Shown here: positions 8,155 through 18,790 of the stretch, piece after piece | How positions within the stretch are numbered: position 1 is the first letter of the stretch | Layout: each line of letters starts with the position of its first letter | Assembly (NCBI GenBank): GCA_031423955.1 | Contig: JANPGJ010000305.1 | Span: forward strand, 467-64,466 | Origin: Burkholderiales bacterium | GTDB lineage: Bacteria; Pseudomonadota; Gammaproteobacteria; Burkholderiales; JAEUOS01 | Length of the DNA stretch: 64,000 bases | Reading direction: 5' to 3' | The notes under the pieces: model-generated | What the model was told of the DNA's origin: nothing | The model's database searches: none | What the model saw: the letters and a program-made list of their open reading frames with translations, nothing else | Position numbers and translations under genes: made by a program

Positions 8155-8804
8155 GATTTTGTCAGGGATGGCGTTGCTCCGACCATATCGAGCTTGAACT
8201 CCAGCGCCGCCTTGAGGGTGTTGGCAGCACCGGACTTTGCCAGCGCACCTTCCCACGCAGCGCGCGCTTCCGCAACCTTGCCCATTGCATACAGTACGTC
8301 ACCCTTGCGGTCCGCGTAGAGCGCTTCGAACCGGGGAGGATGAGTGGCCTCAAGCAGTTTGAGCGCGGGTTCGAATTCCTTCTGATCGAGCAATATGCCG
8401 GCCAGTCGCACGCGCGCGACATGCTTGAGTTCCTCATCCCGCCCGTTGTCGAGCACCCATTGCAGCTGTGTGCGGGCCGCCGGCAGGTCGTTGGCATCAA
8501 ATGAGGCTCGCGCCGCGATCAGGTTTCCCAAACTCGCAAACACGGTTCTTGGATACTGATCGGCCAGGGCTTTGCTGGCTTCCGCCACTTTTTTCGCGTC
8601 ACCACCGGCCGCCAGTTTCTGCACGCCCTCGAACACTTGCGCCGCAGCGGTCGATTGCGTACGCTGGTAATAACTCCAGCCGTTGTAGGCGGCAATCGAG
8701 AGCAACACCAATGTGATGGCCAGCAGCAAGTGATTGCCGTAGCGCTGCCACCATGCCTTTAATTGCGCAAGTTGTTCCTGCTCTTCGAGATCCAGGGCTG
8801 CCAT
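8151..8804 (-). CDS. yfgM: YfgM-like membrane-anchored TPR protein (UPF0070 family)
   Basis: MAALDLEEQEQLAQLKAWWQRYGN, then a single TM (HLLLAITLVLLSIAAYNGW), then TPR-like helices. It holds the conserved position between hisS and bamB. ATG at 8804; the track start at 8810 is a TTG two codons upstream. Confidence 0.7.
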   Translation of the reverse strand: MAALDLEEQEQLAQLKAWWQRYGNHLLLAITLVLLSIAAYNGWSYYQRTQSTAAAQVFEGVQKLAAGGDAKKVAEASKALADQYPRTVFASLGNLIAARASFDANDLPAARTQLQWVLDNGRDEELKHVARVRLAGILLDQKEFEPALKLLEATHPPRFEALYADRKGDVLYAMGKVAEARAAWEGALAKSGAANTLKAALEFKLDMVGATPSLTKS

Positions 8805-8895
8805 GTTCAATCTTTCGTGTTATCGGAAATTGCGCAATTCGCAACAAAAATGCGCCTCTGGCGAGGCTGTCAGGTACCTGAGATCGATCATTCAA

Positions 8896-10266
8896 TCATG
8901 TCAATGTTTCCGGGATCAGCGCGATCACATGCTGCGCAAGGTCGCTCAGCTTGACACGCTTCTGGGTATCCGGAGTCCGCAACGTCTTGACTGCGACTTC
9001 ACCCCCGGTGATTTCGTCGTCACCAATGATGATCGCGATCTGCGCTCCGCTGGCATCCGCTTTTTTCATCTGCGATTTGAATGAGCCACCGCCGCCATGC
9101 ATGATCACGTCAAGCCCTGATGAACGAAGGATTTCCGCCGCCTGCAGTGCCAGACGTATGGTCGCATTGCCTGTGCTGCCCTGGTGCACGACGTAGACGT
9201 CGCAGGCCGCCCCACCGGACAGAACTGTGGATCCACGCGCAAGTTCAAGCAGCCGTTCGACACCGATTGCGAACCCCACCGCTGGCGACGGCTTGCCGCC
9301 AAACAATTCGATCAGGCCATCGTAACGGCCACCACCGCAGATCGTCCCCTGGGCGCCGAGTTCCGTGGTGATCCATTCGAACACCGTGAGATTGTAGTAA
9401 TCGAGCCCGCGAACCAGGCGTGGATTGACCGAAAACCCGATGCCTGCATCGTTCAGGAACAGTTGCAATTCGTCGAAATGCGCGCGGGAAGCATCACCCA
9501 GATGCTGTTCCAGCCTTGGCGCAGCGTCCACCATTTCCTGCATCGCAGCATTCTTCGTGTCAAGTATGCGCAACGGGTTTGAATGAAGCCTGCGACGGGA
9601 GTCCTCATCGAGAAGCGCATGGTTTGACTGGAAATAGTCCACCAGGGCAGCACGATGTGCGCGGCGCTCAAGGGGGGATCCAAGCGTGTTGAGTTCGAGG
9701 CGGACGCCGCTCAGCCCGAGGTCATCCCACAGACGCTTGAGCATGATGATGAGTTCGGCATCGACATCCGGACCGCTGAAACCAAGCGCCTCGACATCGA
9801 TCTGGTGAAATTGTCGATATCGGCCACGTTGCGGTCGCTCATGACGAAACACCGGTCCGATCGAGAATACCCGCTGCGGGCCGTTGTAGAGGAGGTTGTG
9901 TTCCACTGTTGCACGAACGATTCCAGCTGTGAACTCCGGACGCATGGTCAGTTCGTCGCCATTGAGTCGGTCGGTGAAACTGAACATTTCCTTTTCGACA
10001 ATGTCGGTGACCTCGCCAATGCCGCGGCGAAACAAGGCCGTTTGCTCCAGTACGGGGGTGCGCATGTTGCGATATCCGTAACTGTCAAGCCAGCCATGCA
10101 GATGGCGTTCGAGGGCCTGCCAGAGAACGCCATCGACCGGTACGATATCGTTCATGCCCTTGACCCCGGCCAGTCTCGGCGGGGGAGTTGAATGCGATTC
10201 TTTGGTTTCCACAATCTGCCTATTCGACGCGCACTGGGGTGTCGAAACGCTTCCTGACGTATTCAT
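8896..10266 (-). CDS. hisS: histidine--tRNA ligase
   Basis: Motifs [23 protein letters not shown] (class II motif 2) and GGGRYDGL (motif 3). The start is uncertain. The track start at 10266 overlaps ispG by 47 nt; an in-frame GTG at 10212 lies just after the ispG stop and may be the real start. Confidence 0.92.
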   Translation of the reverse strand: MNTSGSVSTPQCASNRQIVETKESHSTPPPRLAGVKGMNDIVPVDGVLWQALERHLHGWLDSYGYRNMRTPVLEQTALFRRGIGEVTDIVEKEMFSFTDRLNGDELTMRPEFTAGIVRATVEHNLLYNGPQRVFSIGPVFRHERPQRGRYRQFHQIDVEALGFSGPDVDAELIIMLKRLWDDLGLSGVRLELNTLGSPLERRAHRAALVDYFQSNHALLDEDSRRRLHSNPLRILDTKNAAMQEMVDAAPRLEQHLGDASRAHFDELQLFLNDAGIGFSVNPRLVRGLDYYNLTVFEWITTELGAQGTICGGGRYDGLIELFGGKPSPAVGFAIGVERLLELARGSTVLSGGAACDVYVVHQGSTGNATIRLALQAAEILRSSGLDVIMHGGGGSFKSQMKKADASGAQIAIIIGDDEITGGEVAVKTLRTPDTQKRVKLSDLAQHVIALIPETLT

Positions 10267-11476
10267 CTACGATTGCCTGGAACTCGCGGGCGATGTGATC
10301 CCCTTTGAGGGTTACGGTGCGCTCGCCATCGACATAGACTGGAGCGACCGGAGTTTCACCGGTACCCGGAAGGCTGATGCCGATGTCCGCATGCTTGGAT
10401 TCTCCGGGACCGTTGACCACGCAGCCCATGACAGCGACACGCATGCCCTCAACGCCCGGGTATCGCGCCTTCCAGTGCGGCATCTGCTCCCGCAAATAAG
10501 CCTGAATGTCTGCCGCCAGCGACTGGAACACCGTGCTGGTGGTACGTCCGCACCCGGGGCATGCGATTACCATCGGCGCGAATGACCGGAATCCCATTGT
10601 CTGCAGTATTTCCTGGGCGACGATCACTTCGCGGGTACGGTCGCCGCCTGGTTCGGGCGTCAACGAGATGCGAATGGTGTCGCCGATTCCTTCCTGCAGC
10701 AAGACAGCGAGCGCGGCGGTGGACGCCACGATGCCTTTTGAACCCATGCCGGCTTCAGTCAGTCCAAGATGCAGGGGATAGTCGCAGCGCCTCGACAGTT
10801 CACGATAAACGGTGATCAGATCCTGCACACCGCTCACCTTGCATGACAATACAATGCGGTCACCACCCAGCCCGAGTTGTTCGGCCCGGGCCGCGCTCTC
10901 GAGTGCCGAGACGATCAGGGCCTCGCGCAGCACGGCATCGGCAGATTCGGGCACGGCAAGGCCTGCGTTGCGGTCCATCAAGCGTGTCGCGAGATCCTGA
11001 TCCAAACTGCCCCAGTTGACGCCGATCCGGACCGGTTTGTCGTGGCGGCACGCAATCTCGATCATGCTTGCGAAGTTGTCGTCGTGACGCGCGCCCTTTC
11101 CGACATTGCCAGGGTTGATGCGGTATTTTGACAATGCCTCGGCGCAACTTGGATACTGCGCCAGCAACTTGTGACCATTGAAATGAAAGTCACCCACCAG
11201 CGGCACATCGACATTCATGCGATCAAGCTGCTCCCGGATCGCCGGGACGGCTGCCGCGGCTTCGGCCGAATTGACGGTGATGCGCACCACCTCGGACCCG
11301 GCACGCGCCAGATCCCTGACTTGGATGGCCGTGGCGATCGCGTCGGCAGTGTCGGTATTGGTCATCGACTGCACCATGATCGGTGCATCCCCGCCGACCA
11401 GGACTTCGCGCGTGCCGTAACGCAATGCAACCTGGCGAGTCACGCGCCGCAGCTTCAATCCACCAACGTCACTCAT
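10220..11476 (-). CDS. ispG: 4-hydroxy-3-methylbut-2-en-1-yl diphosphate synthase (flavodoxin) IspG
   Basis: Motifs [20 protein letters not shown] and [12 protein letters not shown] (the three Fe-S cysteines). ATG at 11476. Confidence 0.95.
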   Translation of the reverse strand: MSDVGGLKLRRVTRQVALRYGTREVLVGGDAPIMVQSMTNTDTADAIATAIQVRDLARAGSEVVRITVNSAEAAAAVPAIREQLDRMNVDVPLVGDFHFNGHKLLAQYPSCAEALSKYRINPGNVGKGARHDDNFASMIEIACRHDKPVRIGVNWGSLDQDLATRLMDRNAGLAVPESADAVLREALIVSALESAARAEQLGLGGDRIVLSCKVSGVQDLITVYRELSRRCDYPLHLGLTEAGMGSKGIVASTAALAVLLQEGIGDTIRISLTPEPGGDRTREVIVAQEILQTMGFRSFAPMVIACPGCGRTTSTVFQSLAADIQAYLREQMPHWKARYPGVEGMRVAVMGCVVNGPGESKHADIGISLPGTGETPVAPVYVDGERTVTLKGDHIAREFQAIVDEYVRKRFDTPVRVE

Positions 11477-11488
11477 GAACGGCCCACT

Positions 11489-12439
11489 TCACTTGAGTTG
11501 CAAACGGGCGACAGAAACCTTGATGTAGGGGCTCATGTCGACCTCTGCACCACGATAAAACAACCTGACGTCACGAGCGTTGCCTACCACCAATTCAAAC
11601 GGAGGCTGACCATCCGCCCACTGCTCGCTACCGGCCAGATTGTTGCGTGAAAACACAACCCGCCCGCCGGTTTCGCGAATCTCCGTCCAGGACTCACCGC
11701 TGAAAACCAGGCGTATCTTTCCCTGCCCGGGAGCGGGCGCAACGGGCGACGCATCATTGATTGCGGGCTGTGGCCGGTCGGCCGGCGTGGCCAATGGCAG
11801 GCTTGGCGCAGCTTTAGATGCTCCTTCGGTTGTCAAAACACCGGCAGGTAAAGCGACCGGCGTCGCCGACTCTCCTTGCACAATCGGGCCGGCGGCCGCA
11901 GGTGCGGCCGGCGCTGTTGCCGCGCCCGACGTCTTGCTCTCCTTCGACTGGAACAGCGTCGCAGGTGCCTGCCAGTGATAAATCGAATACCCACCGACAC
12001 CCGCGATGACCAAAACGATCGCCACCAACCATGGCCATGCGGATGCATGGGATGTGCTTGCCGCCGGAAACTGTGCGCGTGTCGAGGTCACGCTTTGCAA
12101 CTGCACCGTAATCGGCCCGCTTCCCTGCTCGGCGGTGCGCTCCAGAATCTCCACCAATTTACCCGCGTCCATTCCAAGGAGGCGGGCGTAACCGCGCACG
12201 AATCCACGAACGAAAGGCAGCCCCGGCAACGCCTTGAAATCATCCGCCTCAACCGCATCGATCTGGCGCGGCGCGTATTTGAGGCGCTGCGCCACGTCGG
12301 CAATCGACAAACCAAGCCGCAGTCGCTCGGACTTGAGCTGCGTTCCGACCGTTGGTGCCGACGCCGGCTGGTCGGTGAATGCGGCGCGCGGCTCGGCTTC
12401 CGTCGCAAACCCGGATGCTTGTGCAACGTTTTCGCTCAT
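11489..12439 (-). CDS. rodZ: RodZ-like cytoskeleton protein (HTH, TM segment, Pro/Ala-rich linker, C-terminal DUF4115-like domain)
   Basis: XRE-type HTH LGLSIADVAQRLKYAPRQIDAVE, TM segment WPWLVAIVLVIAGVGGYSIY, and a C-terminal IRLVFSGESWTEIRE block. ATG at 12439 overlaps the pilW stop (ATGA at 12436-12439). Confidence 0.75.
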   Translation of the reverse strand: MSENVAQASGFATEAEPRAAFTDQPASAPTVGTQLKSERLRLGLSIADVAQRLKYAPRQIDAVEADDFKALPGLPFVRGFVRGYARLLGMDAGKLVEILERTAEQGSGPITVQLQSVTSTRAQFPAASTSHASAWPWLVAIVLVIAGVGGYSIYHWQAPATLFQSKESKTSGAATAPAAPAAAGPIVQGESATPVALPAGVLTTEGASKAAPSLPLATPADRPQPAINDASPVAPAPGQGKIRLVFSGESWTEIRETGGRVVFSRNNLAGSEQWADGQPPFELVVGNARDVRLFYRGAEVDMSPYIKVSVARLQLK

Positions 12440-13305
12440 TCGAACTTTCCCTGCTGCAGCAGCAGATATTGCTCGGAATTCGGATAGCGGCGCCGCAGTT
12501 GTGCGGCAAAACTCGATTCGGCCACCCGGTCCCCTGCCCTTCGCTCGATGCGCAATGCAAGCCACAGTGACTCGGCGGACGGCTCGTAATTCTTGTTGAC
12601 GCGATCTACATGCAGCCGCGCCTTGTCGAACTCATTGCGCCTCAAGTATATGTCGCTCAACCGGATGTTCGCACTTGCATTCATCGGGTCAAGGCTGACC
12701 GCCTTGCGAAAATACTCCTCGGCAGTAGTCTCATCACCCATCCTTTGGGTACAGATCCCCGCATTCAGATACGCTTTGTCGGGCGTCGCATACAGCGGAT
12801 TTTTCAACGCCAGCAGAAATCGTTCAATCGATTCGCGCTCGCGCTTGGACTGGCACAAAAACCAGCCATAGTTGTTCAGGGCATCGGAATCGTTGGGGAG
12901 GATTGAAAGCGATTTGCGGAACGCCTCGTCGGCCTTGGCATTTTCCCCGAGATCCATGTTGATCAGGCCCAATACGTTAAATGCCGTACCGTAATTGGGA
13001 TCCGCGATCAGGGCCGCCTTGATTTCCTCAAGCGCCACGCCCAGCTGACCACGCTGGAAATAGTTGAACGCCAGTTCAGTACGCAGACGCGCGGTCTCCA
13101 GGCGGTCGCCACCGGGCAACTGTTGCTGCTGTTGCGCACGCTGAGCAACTTCGGCGCTGGTGCCCCGCGGCGTGGTCCCCGCCTGTCCGCCGCCCGGCAT
13201 CATGGATTCGTTTGCGCCTGGCGCAGACTGGCACGCAGCGACAGACAGCGCGGACGCTGCCATCAACAATCTGACCGCAGGAAGCCATTGCTGTTTGGTT
13301 GGCAT
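12436..13305 (-). CDS. pilW: type IV pilus biogenesis/stability TPR lipoprotein (PilW; PilF in Pseudomonas)
   Basis: Lipobox ALSVAAC followed by TPR repeats (LAFNYFQRGQLGVALEEIKAALIADPNY and others). It holds the conserved position between rlmN and rodZ. Confidence 0.7.
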   Translation of the reverse strand: MPTKQQWLPAVRLLMAASALSVAACQSAPGANESMMPGGGQAGTTPRGTSAEVAQRAQQQQQLPGGDRLETARLRTELAFNYFQRGQLGVALEEIKAALIADPNYGTAFNVLGLINMDLGENAKADEAFRKSLSILPNDSDALNNYGWFLCQSKRERESIERFLLALKNPLYATPDKAYLNAGICTQRMGDETTAEEYFRKAVSLDPMNASANIRLSDIYLRRNEFDKARLHVDRVNKNYEPSAESLWLALRIERRAGDRVAESSFAAQLRRRYPNSEQYLLLQQGKFE

Positions 13306-13317
13306 GATTGACCCCGG

Positions 13318-14439
13318 TTACGCGGAAAAGATTGGACCTGCGTTGACCGCATTGGTTCGGTCAACGATCCGGATCGAACGACGCGTTCGATCTTTCACTT
13401 CCCCGGCCAACTGACCGCAGGCAGCGTCAATATCGTCGCCACGGGTTTTGCGGGTCGTGACAACCAGCCCGGCGTCAGCCAGCACACCTGCAAAGGCCCG
13501 CATCTGCTCCGCGGGCGTTCGTTTGAACGCGATCGCGCTACCAGCGATTGAAAACGGATTGAAGGGAATCAGATTGAACTTGCAGGGTACGTCACGGGTA
13601 AGGGTCACCAACTCACGCGCTTGCGCCAGGGAATCATTGACGCCATCGAGCATGATGTATTCGAATGTCACGAAGTCGCGCGGCGCATGCGGCACATAGC
13701 GCCGGCAGGCATCCATCAGATCGCGCAGCGGATACTTTCGATTGAGCGGCACAAGGGTATCGCGCAGGCGGTCATTGGACGCATGCAGGGAAACCGCAAG
13801 CGCAACCGGGCACTCGCGCGCCAGTCGGTCCATCATCGGAACGACCCCCGAAGTGGAAATCGTCACTCGCCGCCGGGACAATCCGTAGGCGTTGTCATCA
13901 ATCATCAAGTGCAAGGCTGCCACAGTTTGATCAAAGTTGAGCAACGGTTCCCCCATGCCCATGAACACGACATTCGTGACCGGGCGCTGGTTGGCGGAAT
14001 TGCGCAGCAGCCGGCTGGCGACCCACAGCTGGCCGACGATCTCTGCGATCCCCAGGTTGCGTGAAAATCCTTGTTTCCCGGTGGAACAAAACGCGCAATC
14101 CACCGCGCATCCGGCCTGCGTGGAGACGCACAGGGTGCCACGCTCGTCTTCCGGTATGAACACAGCCTCCACCGCATTGCCGTTGCCGACGTCGAACAGC
14201 CATTTCCGCGTCCCGTCGCTGGCGACTCTGTCGCTGATCAGCGGCGGCGCGACAATTGTTGCCTCGCGCTCGAGGGTTACCCGCAAGCTGCTTGCGAGGT
14301 TGGTCATGGCAGCGAAATTGTCAACGCATGCCTGGTGCAGCCACTTTTTAACCTGCAGCCCCCGAAACGGCTTCTCTCCTCGCTCGGAAAACCAGGCGTC
14401 GAGCGCAGGGCTGTCAAGGTCGAGAAGGTTGGTCCGCAT
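13318..14439 (-). CDS. rlmN: 23S rRNA/tRNA adenine-C2 methyltransferase RlmN (radical SAM)
   Basis: [11 protein letters not shown] is a CxxxCxxC radical-SAM cluster; also GMGEPLLN. I chose ATG 14439 ([17 protein letters not shown]). The track extension to 14544 runs into ndk. Confidence 0.92.
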   Translation of the reverse strand: MRTNLLDLDSPALDAWFSERGEKPFRGLQVKKWLHQACVDNFAAMTNLASSLRVTLEREATIVAPPLISDRVASDGTRKWLFDVGNGNAVEAVFIPEDERGTLCVSTQAGCAVDCAFCSTGKQGFSRNLGIAEIVGQLWVASRLLRNSANQRPVTNVVFMGMGEPLLNFDQTVAALHLMIDDNAYGLSRRRVTISTSGVVPMMDRLARECPVALAVSLHASNDRLRDTLVPLNRKYPLRDLMDACRRYVPHAPRDFVTFEYIMLDGVNDSLAQARELVTLTRDVPCKFNLIPFNPFSIAGSAIAFKRTPAEQMRAFAGVLADAGLVVTTRKTRGDDIDAACGQLAGEVKDRTRRSIRIVDRTNAVNAGPIFSA

Positions 14440-14452
14440 GACGCAGGGGGGG

Positions 14453-14878
14453 CTAGCGCGAGTAGATATTGAGGGCCGGGAAGAAATAGGCGATCTCGTT
14501 GCGCGCAGTATCGGCCCCGTCCGAGCCATGGGCTGCGTTGGCATCGATCGAGTCTGCGAAGTCGGCCCGTATTGTGCCGGCAGCCGCTTTTTTGGGGTCA
14601 GTGGCCCCCATCAGATCGCGATTCTTGAGGATTGCGTTTTCACCTTCGAGGACTTGCACCATGACGGGACCGGAAATCATGAAATCGACAAGGTCCTTGA
14701 AAAACGGGCGATCGCGATGCACCGCATAGAAACCTTCGGCTTCTGCACGTGACAGTTGGGTCATGCGCGCAGCGATCACTTTCAGGCCCGCATCTTCGAA
14801 GCGCTGGTAGATTTTGCCGATCACATTCTTGGCTACTGCATCAGGCTTGATGATCGACAGGGTTCGCTCGAGAGACAT
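14453..14878 (-). CDS. ndk: nucleoside-diphosphate kinase
   Basis: [16 protein letters not shown]-terminus and active-site NAAHGSD. ATG at 14878. Confidence 0.95.
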   Translation of the reverse strand: MSLERTLSIIKPDAVAKNVIGKIYQRFEDAGLKVIAARMTQLSRAEAEGFYAVHRDRPFFKDLVDFMISGPVMVQVLEGENAILKNRDLMGATDPKKAAAGTIRADFADSIDANAAHGSDGADTARNEIAYFFPALNIYSR

Positions 14879-14904
14879 GTGGAAAAACTCCAAATAAATT
14901 AAGG

Positions 14905-14931
14905 TTTTGGATGGTACAAGTTAATCCAAAA
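14905..14931. other. AT-rich inverted repeat TTTTGGAT-N11-ATCCAAAA between the tilS stop and the ndk start
   Basis: The 8-bp arms are at 14905-14912 and 14924-14931, inside a locally AT-rich 115-nt gap. It could be a weak terminator for tilS (T-rich stretch follows on the minus strand) or part of the ndk promoter. Function not determined. Confidence 0.3.
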
Positions 14932-15008
14932 TTATACCAAAGCCATGCCTGCGATGGCAGCCAGCGCAAGAGCGGCCGGATGCAACCTATCCGGAACTGT
15001 GATTCGGC

Positions 15009-16049
15009 CTAGTAATTTTCATCCGCCCCCCCATTGCTGCCTCGCAACATTGGCCTGAATTCAAGCAATAGCGTGGCGCGCCGTCGGGTCAACCGAATAT
15101 TGCCGTGAAGCCATTCAAGCTTTGTATCGCTACTGCTGTCCGCGATCGCCTTGATGAGAGCCGCCAGGCGGGCGCGTGATGGCGCGCGCGCACCTGCCTT
15201 GGCCAGCCAGCGACGCAACAAATTTGCCTGGCGCTCGGGCGAAAGACTTGCAAGCCGGATGCAGTCAAGTCCGCCGCCGACAGCCACTGCCTGAAGGTCA
15301 ATCTCGGCCAAGTCGTCAAGCAGCGCTGCCGCTTGTGCTTGAAGTACGGAAGCACGCGCGAGCATGCGTGCTGGCGCCGGAAAAGTGTCGCCCAACAAGG
15401 GGATTATTCGATGTCGCAGGAAGTTGCGACGCAAGCCGCAATCAAGATTGCTCTCGTCATCGACCCAGGTCAGACCGGCGTCATTGGCGTAGACCTGTAG
15501 TAGCGCCCGATCAACCTCGAGTAACGGACGCCAGCACAGTGGACCGCCAACCGCGGTAGGCAGGTCGCCAAGCCTTGCCATGCCTGCCAGGCCTTTCGGC
15601 CCCGCACCGCGCAGCAACTGGAGCAGCAAGGTCTCGGCTTGATCGTCGGCATGCTGGGCCAGCGCCACGACATCAGCCTCGACTGCGCCAAATGCCGCGT
15701 AGCGTGTTTCACGTGCTTCTTCTTCGAGACTGTGCCGAGCGCGATGTGCGATCCGAACTCGGACCATCCGGAGCCCAATGCCCATCGCTTCGCACACTCG
15801 CTCGCAGTGAAGCCCCCACGCATCTGCATTCGGCGACAAACCGTGATTGACGTGAAGGGCAGTCACCCGGAGCAAACCCGCGTCCGCTTCATCAGCCAGC
15901 AAATCGAGCAGGACCGATGAGTCAAGACCGCCGGAGAAACCGACACAAATGGTCGGTACCGGCTTCCGGATGGCGCTCACCAATGCGCGAATACCCGCGC
16001 GCACCTGCGATCGCAAGCCGGCGATCCGATCAGCTGGCAATTTCCTCAA
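15009..16049 (-). CDS. tilS: tRNA(Ile)-lysidine synthase TilS (short form)
   Basis: PP-loop [13 protein letters not shown]. At 346 aa or less it is shorter than the 430-aa E. coli type, so it probably lacks the last C-terminal domain. The start is uncertain: TTG at 16049 overlaps accA by 20 nt, and an in-frame GTG at 16004 is an alternative. Confidence 0.8.
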   Translation of the reverse strand: MRKLPADRIAGLRSQVRAGIRALVSAIRKPVPTICVGFSGGLDSSVLLDLLADEADAGLLRVTALHVNHGLSPNADAWGLHCERVCEAMGIGLRMVRVRIAHRARHSLEEEARETRYAAFGAVEADVVALAQHADDQAETLLLQLLRGAGPKGLAGMARLGDLPTAVGGPLCWRPLLEVDRALLQVYANDAGLTWVDDESNLDCGLRRNFLRHRIIPLLGDTFPAPARMLARASVLQAQAAALLDDLAEIDLQAVAVGGGLDCIRLASLSPERQANLLRRWLAKAGARAPSRARLAALIKAIADSSSDTKLEWLHGNIRLTRRRATLLLEFRPMLRGSNGGADENY

Positions 16050-16998
16050 ACCTGCCGTAGCGCATGATCCGCTCGTAGCGGACCTTCAGCAATTCGGGCA
16101 CCGGCATGTCCGTTACTTGCCGCAACGCATCGCCAAGCGCCTTCTTCAGATTGCCTGCCGCCGTCGGCACATCGCGATGGGCGCCGCCAGGTGGCTCCAT
16201 CACAATCTTGTCAATCAGTCCAAGTGTCTTGAGGCGGCTCGCCGTGATACCAAGCGTTTCAGCCGCTTCGGCAGCCTTGTCGGCACTCTTCCAAAGGATG
16301 GAGGCGCATCCCTCAGGCGAGATCACCGAATAGGTGGCGTACTGCAGCATCATCACGACGTCGCCGATCGCGATTGCGAGAGCGCCCCCGGAACCGCCTT
16401 CGCCAATTACGGTGGTGATCACCGGGACTTTGAGTTCCGCCAGTGCGTACAGGTTCTTCCCGATCGCTTCGCTTTGCCCGCGCTCCTCCGCACCGACACC
16501 AGGGTATGCGCCTGGCGTGTCAACGAAGGTAAACAACGGCAAACCGAATTTTTCCGCAGTCTTCATCAGGCGCAACGCCTTGCGATAGCCCTCGGGGCGC
16601 GGCATGCCGAAATTGCGCCACGCGCGGTCCTTGGCATCGCGGCCTTTTTGGTGCCCGATCACCATGCAGGAACGTCCGTTGAATCGAGCCAGCCCACCCA
16701 CGACCGCCGGGTCGTCGGCGAACGATCGGTCGCCATGCAGTTCCTCGAATCCGGTGAAGATTGCGTCAATGTAGTCAAGTGTGTAAGGCCGCTTGGGGTG
16801 ACGCGCTACCTGTGCCACCTGCCAGGGCGACAATTTTGCATATATTTCCTTGACCAAGGTCTGGCTTTTCTTGTTCAGGCGCTCGATCTCGGCAGAGATG
16901 TCTACTGCCGAATCATCCTGCATGTAGCGAAGTTCCTCGATCTTTAGCTCAAGCTCCGCCAGGGGTTGCTCGAATTCAAGAAAGCTGATTTTGCTCAT
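16030..16998 (-). CDS. accA: acetyl-CoA carboxylase carboxyltransferase subunit alpha
   Basis: [25 protein letters not shown]-terminus and [20 protein letters not shown]. The ATG at 16998 lies 1 nt after the upstream gene's TGA. Confidence 0.95.
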   Translation of the reverse strand: MSKISFLEFEQPLAELELKIEELRYMQDDSAVDISAEIERLNKKSQTLVKEIYAKLSPWQVAQVARHPKRPYTLDYIDAIFTGFEELHGDRSFADDPAVVGGLARFNGRSCMVIGHQKGRDAKDRAWRNFGMPRPEGYRKALRLMKTAEKFGLPLFTFVDTPGAYPGVGAEERGQSEAIGKNLYALAELKVPVITTVIGEGGSGGALAIAIGDVVMMLQYATYSVISPEGCASILWKSADKAAEAAETLGITASRLKTLGLIDKIVMEPPGGAHRDVPTAAGNLKKALGDALRQVTDMPVPELLKVRYERIMRYGRFEEIAS

Positions 16999-16999
16999 C

Positions 17000-17641
17000 T
17001 CAGTACTCCACGGATTGCGGGTCGAGGCTGCGCCACATGTACCAGGTGCCCACCGAGCGCCATGGCGCCCAATTCTCACCGACCTCCCGCAACTCGCTCC
17101 GAGTCACGGGATCGCCCGAAAAATAAAGTTCACTGACTGCCTTTTGCAAACCGGGATCATCTACCGGCAGCACGTCCGGACGCATCAAATTGAATATCAG
17201 GAACATCTCGGCAGTCCAGCGCCCAACACCGCGGATTCCGGTCAGGGCGACGACAACGGCTTCGTCGTCAAGCGTTCGCCAGTCATCCTGGCGCATCCCG
17301 CCCTGGCGGAAATGTGCCGCCAAGTCCAGGATGTACTCGGACTTGCGTTGCGCCAGACCGCATTCGCGCAGCCGCGCAATGTTCACCCTGGAGATTCGCG
17401 CGGGTGTGAATTCCGGGAATGCCGTCGTCAGCCGCTCCCAGATTTCCTGCGCTGTCGTCACCGCGACCTGCTGGCCAACGATTGACCTGGCCAGAGTCAC
17501 AAACGGATCGCCCTGGGTTGTCAGGCAAAGCCCTGGATGTTTCGGGATGATACGACGCATTACGCGGTCGCATTTGACCAATTGATGCGTCGCTTCATCC
17601 CAGTAGTCCGGTCTGAAAGCGCGCGGCGATGATTGGCTCAT
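17000..17641 (-). CDS. DNA-3-methyladenine glycosylase II family (AlkA-like, HhH-GPD)
   Basis: Helix-hairpin-helix [18 protein letters not shown] followed by the catalytic Asp context [11 protein letters not shown] at 17641 overlaps the upstream stop (ATGA at 17638-17641). Confidence 0.8.
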   Translation of the reverse strand: MSQSSPRAFRPDYWDEATHQLVKCDRVMRRIIPKHPGLCLTTQGDPFVTLARSIVGQQVAVTTAQEIWERLTTAFPEFTPARISRVNIARLRECGLAQRKSEYILDLAAHFRQGGMRQDDWRTLDDEAVVVALTGIRGVGRWTAEMFLIFNLMRPDVLPVDDPGLQKAVSELYFSGDPVTRSELREVGENWAPWRSVGTWYMWRSLDPQSVEY

Positions 17642-18687
17642 GCGGTACGCCGGATTGGAAGATTCATCAGGAGGTTCTGCGGCTTCATGCGAACGTTGTT
17701 GTTCTGGTCCATCGCCAGCGCCATGAAGCATGGCATGCCGCGCGCAGCATCCAGCAGAATGGTTTCATCGGCAAAGCGCAGCGACATCATGCACAGGATC
17801 TGGTTGCGCGACGCATCATCCAGCGGCTGCTGATTATAAATCTCATTGAGCAGCGCAGTGGCTGCGCTGTCGAGCCCGACGTACCAGCGCATTCGTGCGG
17901 CTTCGATTTGCCTGACCGGTTCAACCTGGACCTCGGTGGCGTGGAAATGCCCGATCCATTTTTCAATCACGCGGCACAAGGCGACAAGCCCCGAGCACCC
18001 GAAGTTGATACGCAAGGCGGTGTCATGTCGTTCATCGCGCTCCCAGTAGGTGCTCGCGTTTTCCTTTTCAAGGACATCCAGTTCCACGGATCGCAACGGA
18101 GTCTGCGCTTCTGCGATCAGCCGCCCGAGATTCCCGAAACGGGTGCCATCGCGAGCCGCCTGCGCCTGGAATTCGATGGTCTCCAGATCGGCCAGGAGCA
18201 CCTGCCCATCGGCAAGGTGGGCGCGTTGTTCACGAAAAAACAGTTCGGCAGCGCGCGCCATCAACCCGTCGTCGCATCCATCGAGCACGCCGCGAAGAAT
18301 CATTTGTGCCAACTGGTCGGCGAACAAAGGCGGGAATCCGCTAGCCAGAAAATTGCGATGTTGCCCCGATGCCCCCATGAAGAAGTCGCGATATGCATGC
18401 TCAAGCGTTCGCGCTTTCAGTAAATGGTCGCGAAATGCCAGTACCACCTGATAGTTTTCACGGGCGTCCGGGTCAGCCAGTGCCGCCAACTCTGCCACGC
18501 TTACTTCAAGAAACGGATCTGTCTGCAGTCGATCAAACAGACTTCGCTCCGCAATGCAGGAATCAGCCACCGGGGCAACTTCAGGGCGCGCAAAGTATGC
18601 CCTGAACAGGTCACTGCCTGGCACGCATGCGCCGGACGAATCGCGGGTTGTCAGGTGAAAGCCGGAATGGGTCCAGAAATCAGTCAT
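17638..18687 (-). CDS. conserved hypothetical protein, 349 aa, soluble; no motif I can assign
   Basis: Long frame with coding-like composition. I chose ATG 18687 (MTDFWTHSGFHLTTRD). Its stop overlaps the glycosylase start. I saw no TM segment, P-loop or metal motif. Confidence 0.6.
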   Translation of the reverse strand: MTDFWTHSGFHLTTRDSSGACVPGSDLFRAYFARPEVAPVADSCIAERSLFDRLQTDPFLEVSVAELAALADPDARENYQVVLAFRDHLLKARTLEHAYRDFFMGASGQHRNFLASGFPPLFADQLAQMILRGVLDGCDDGLMARAAELFFREQRAHLADGQVLLADLETIEFQAQAARDGTRFGNLGRLIAEAQTPLRSVELDVLEKENASTYWERDERHDTALRINFGCSGLVALCRVIEKWIGHFHATEVQVEPVRQIEAARMRWYVGLDSAATALLNEIYNQQPLDDASRNQILCMMSLRFADETILLDAARGMPCFMALAMDQNNNVRMKPQNLLMNLPIRRTA

Positions 18688-18710
18688 GTGTTGCGCGCAG
18701 GAACAGCGGC

Positions 18711-18739
18711 TTGGGTGGAACGACGGGGCGCGGTATAGT
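18711..18739 (+). promoter_or_regulatory. candidate sigma70-type promoter for the PP2C gene (TTGGGT-N17-TATAGT)
   Basis: Hexamers at 18711-18716 and 18734-18739 with a 17-nt spacer, about 50 nt upstream of ATG 18791, in the 103-nt divergent gap. Hexamer match only. Confidence 0.3.
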
Positions 18740-18790
18740 AGCGCAACGGTGCCTGAGGGGGACACCAGCGCGCCTGCGCTGAAACAGTCA

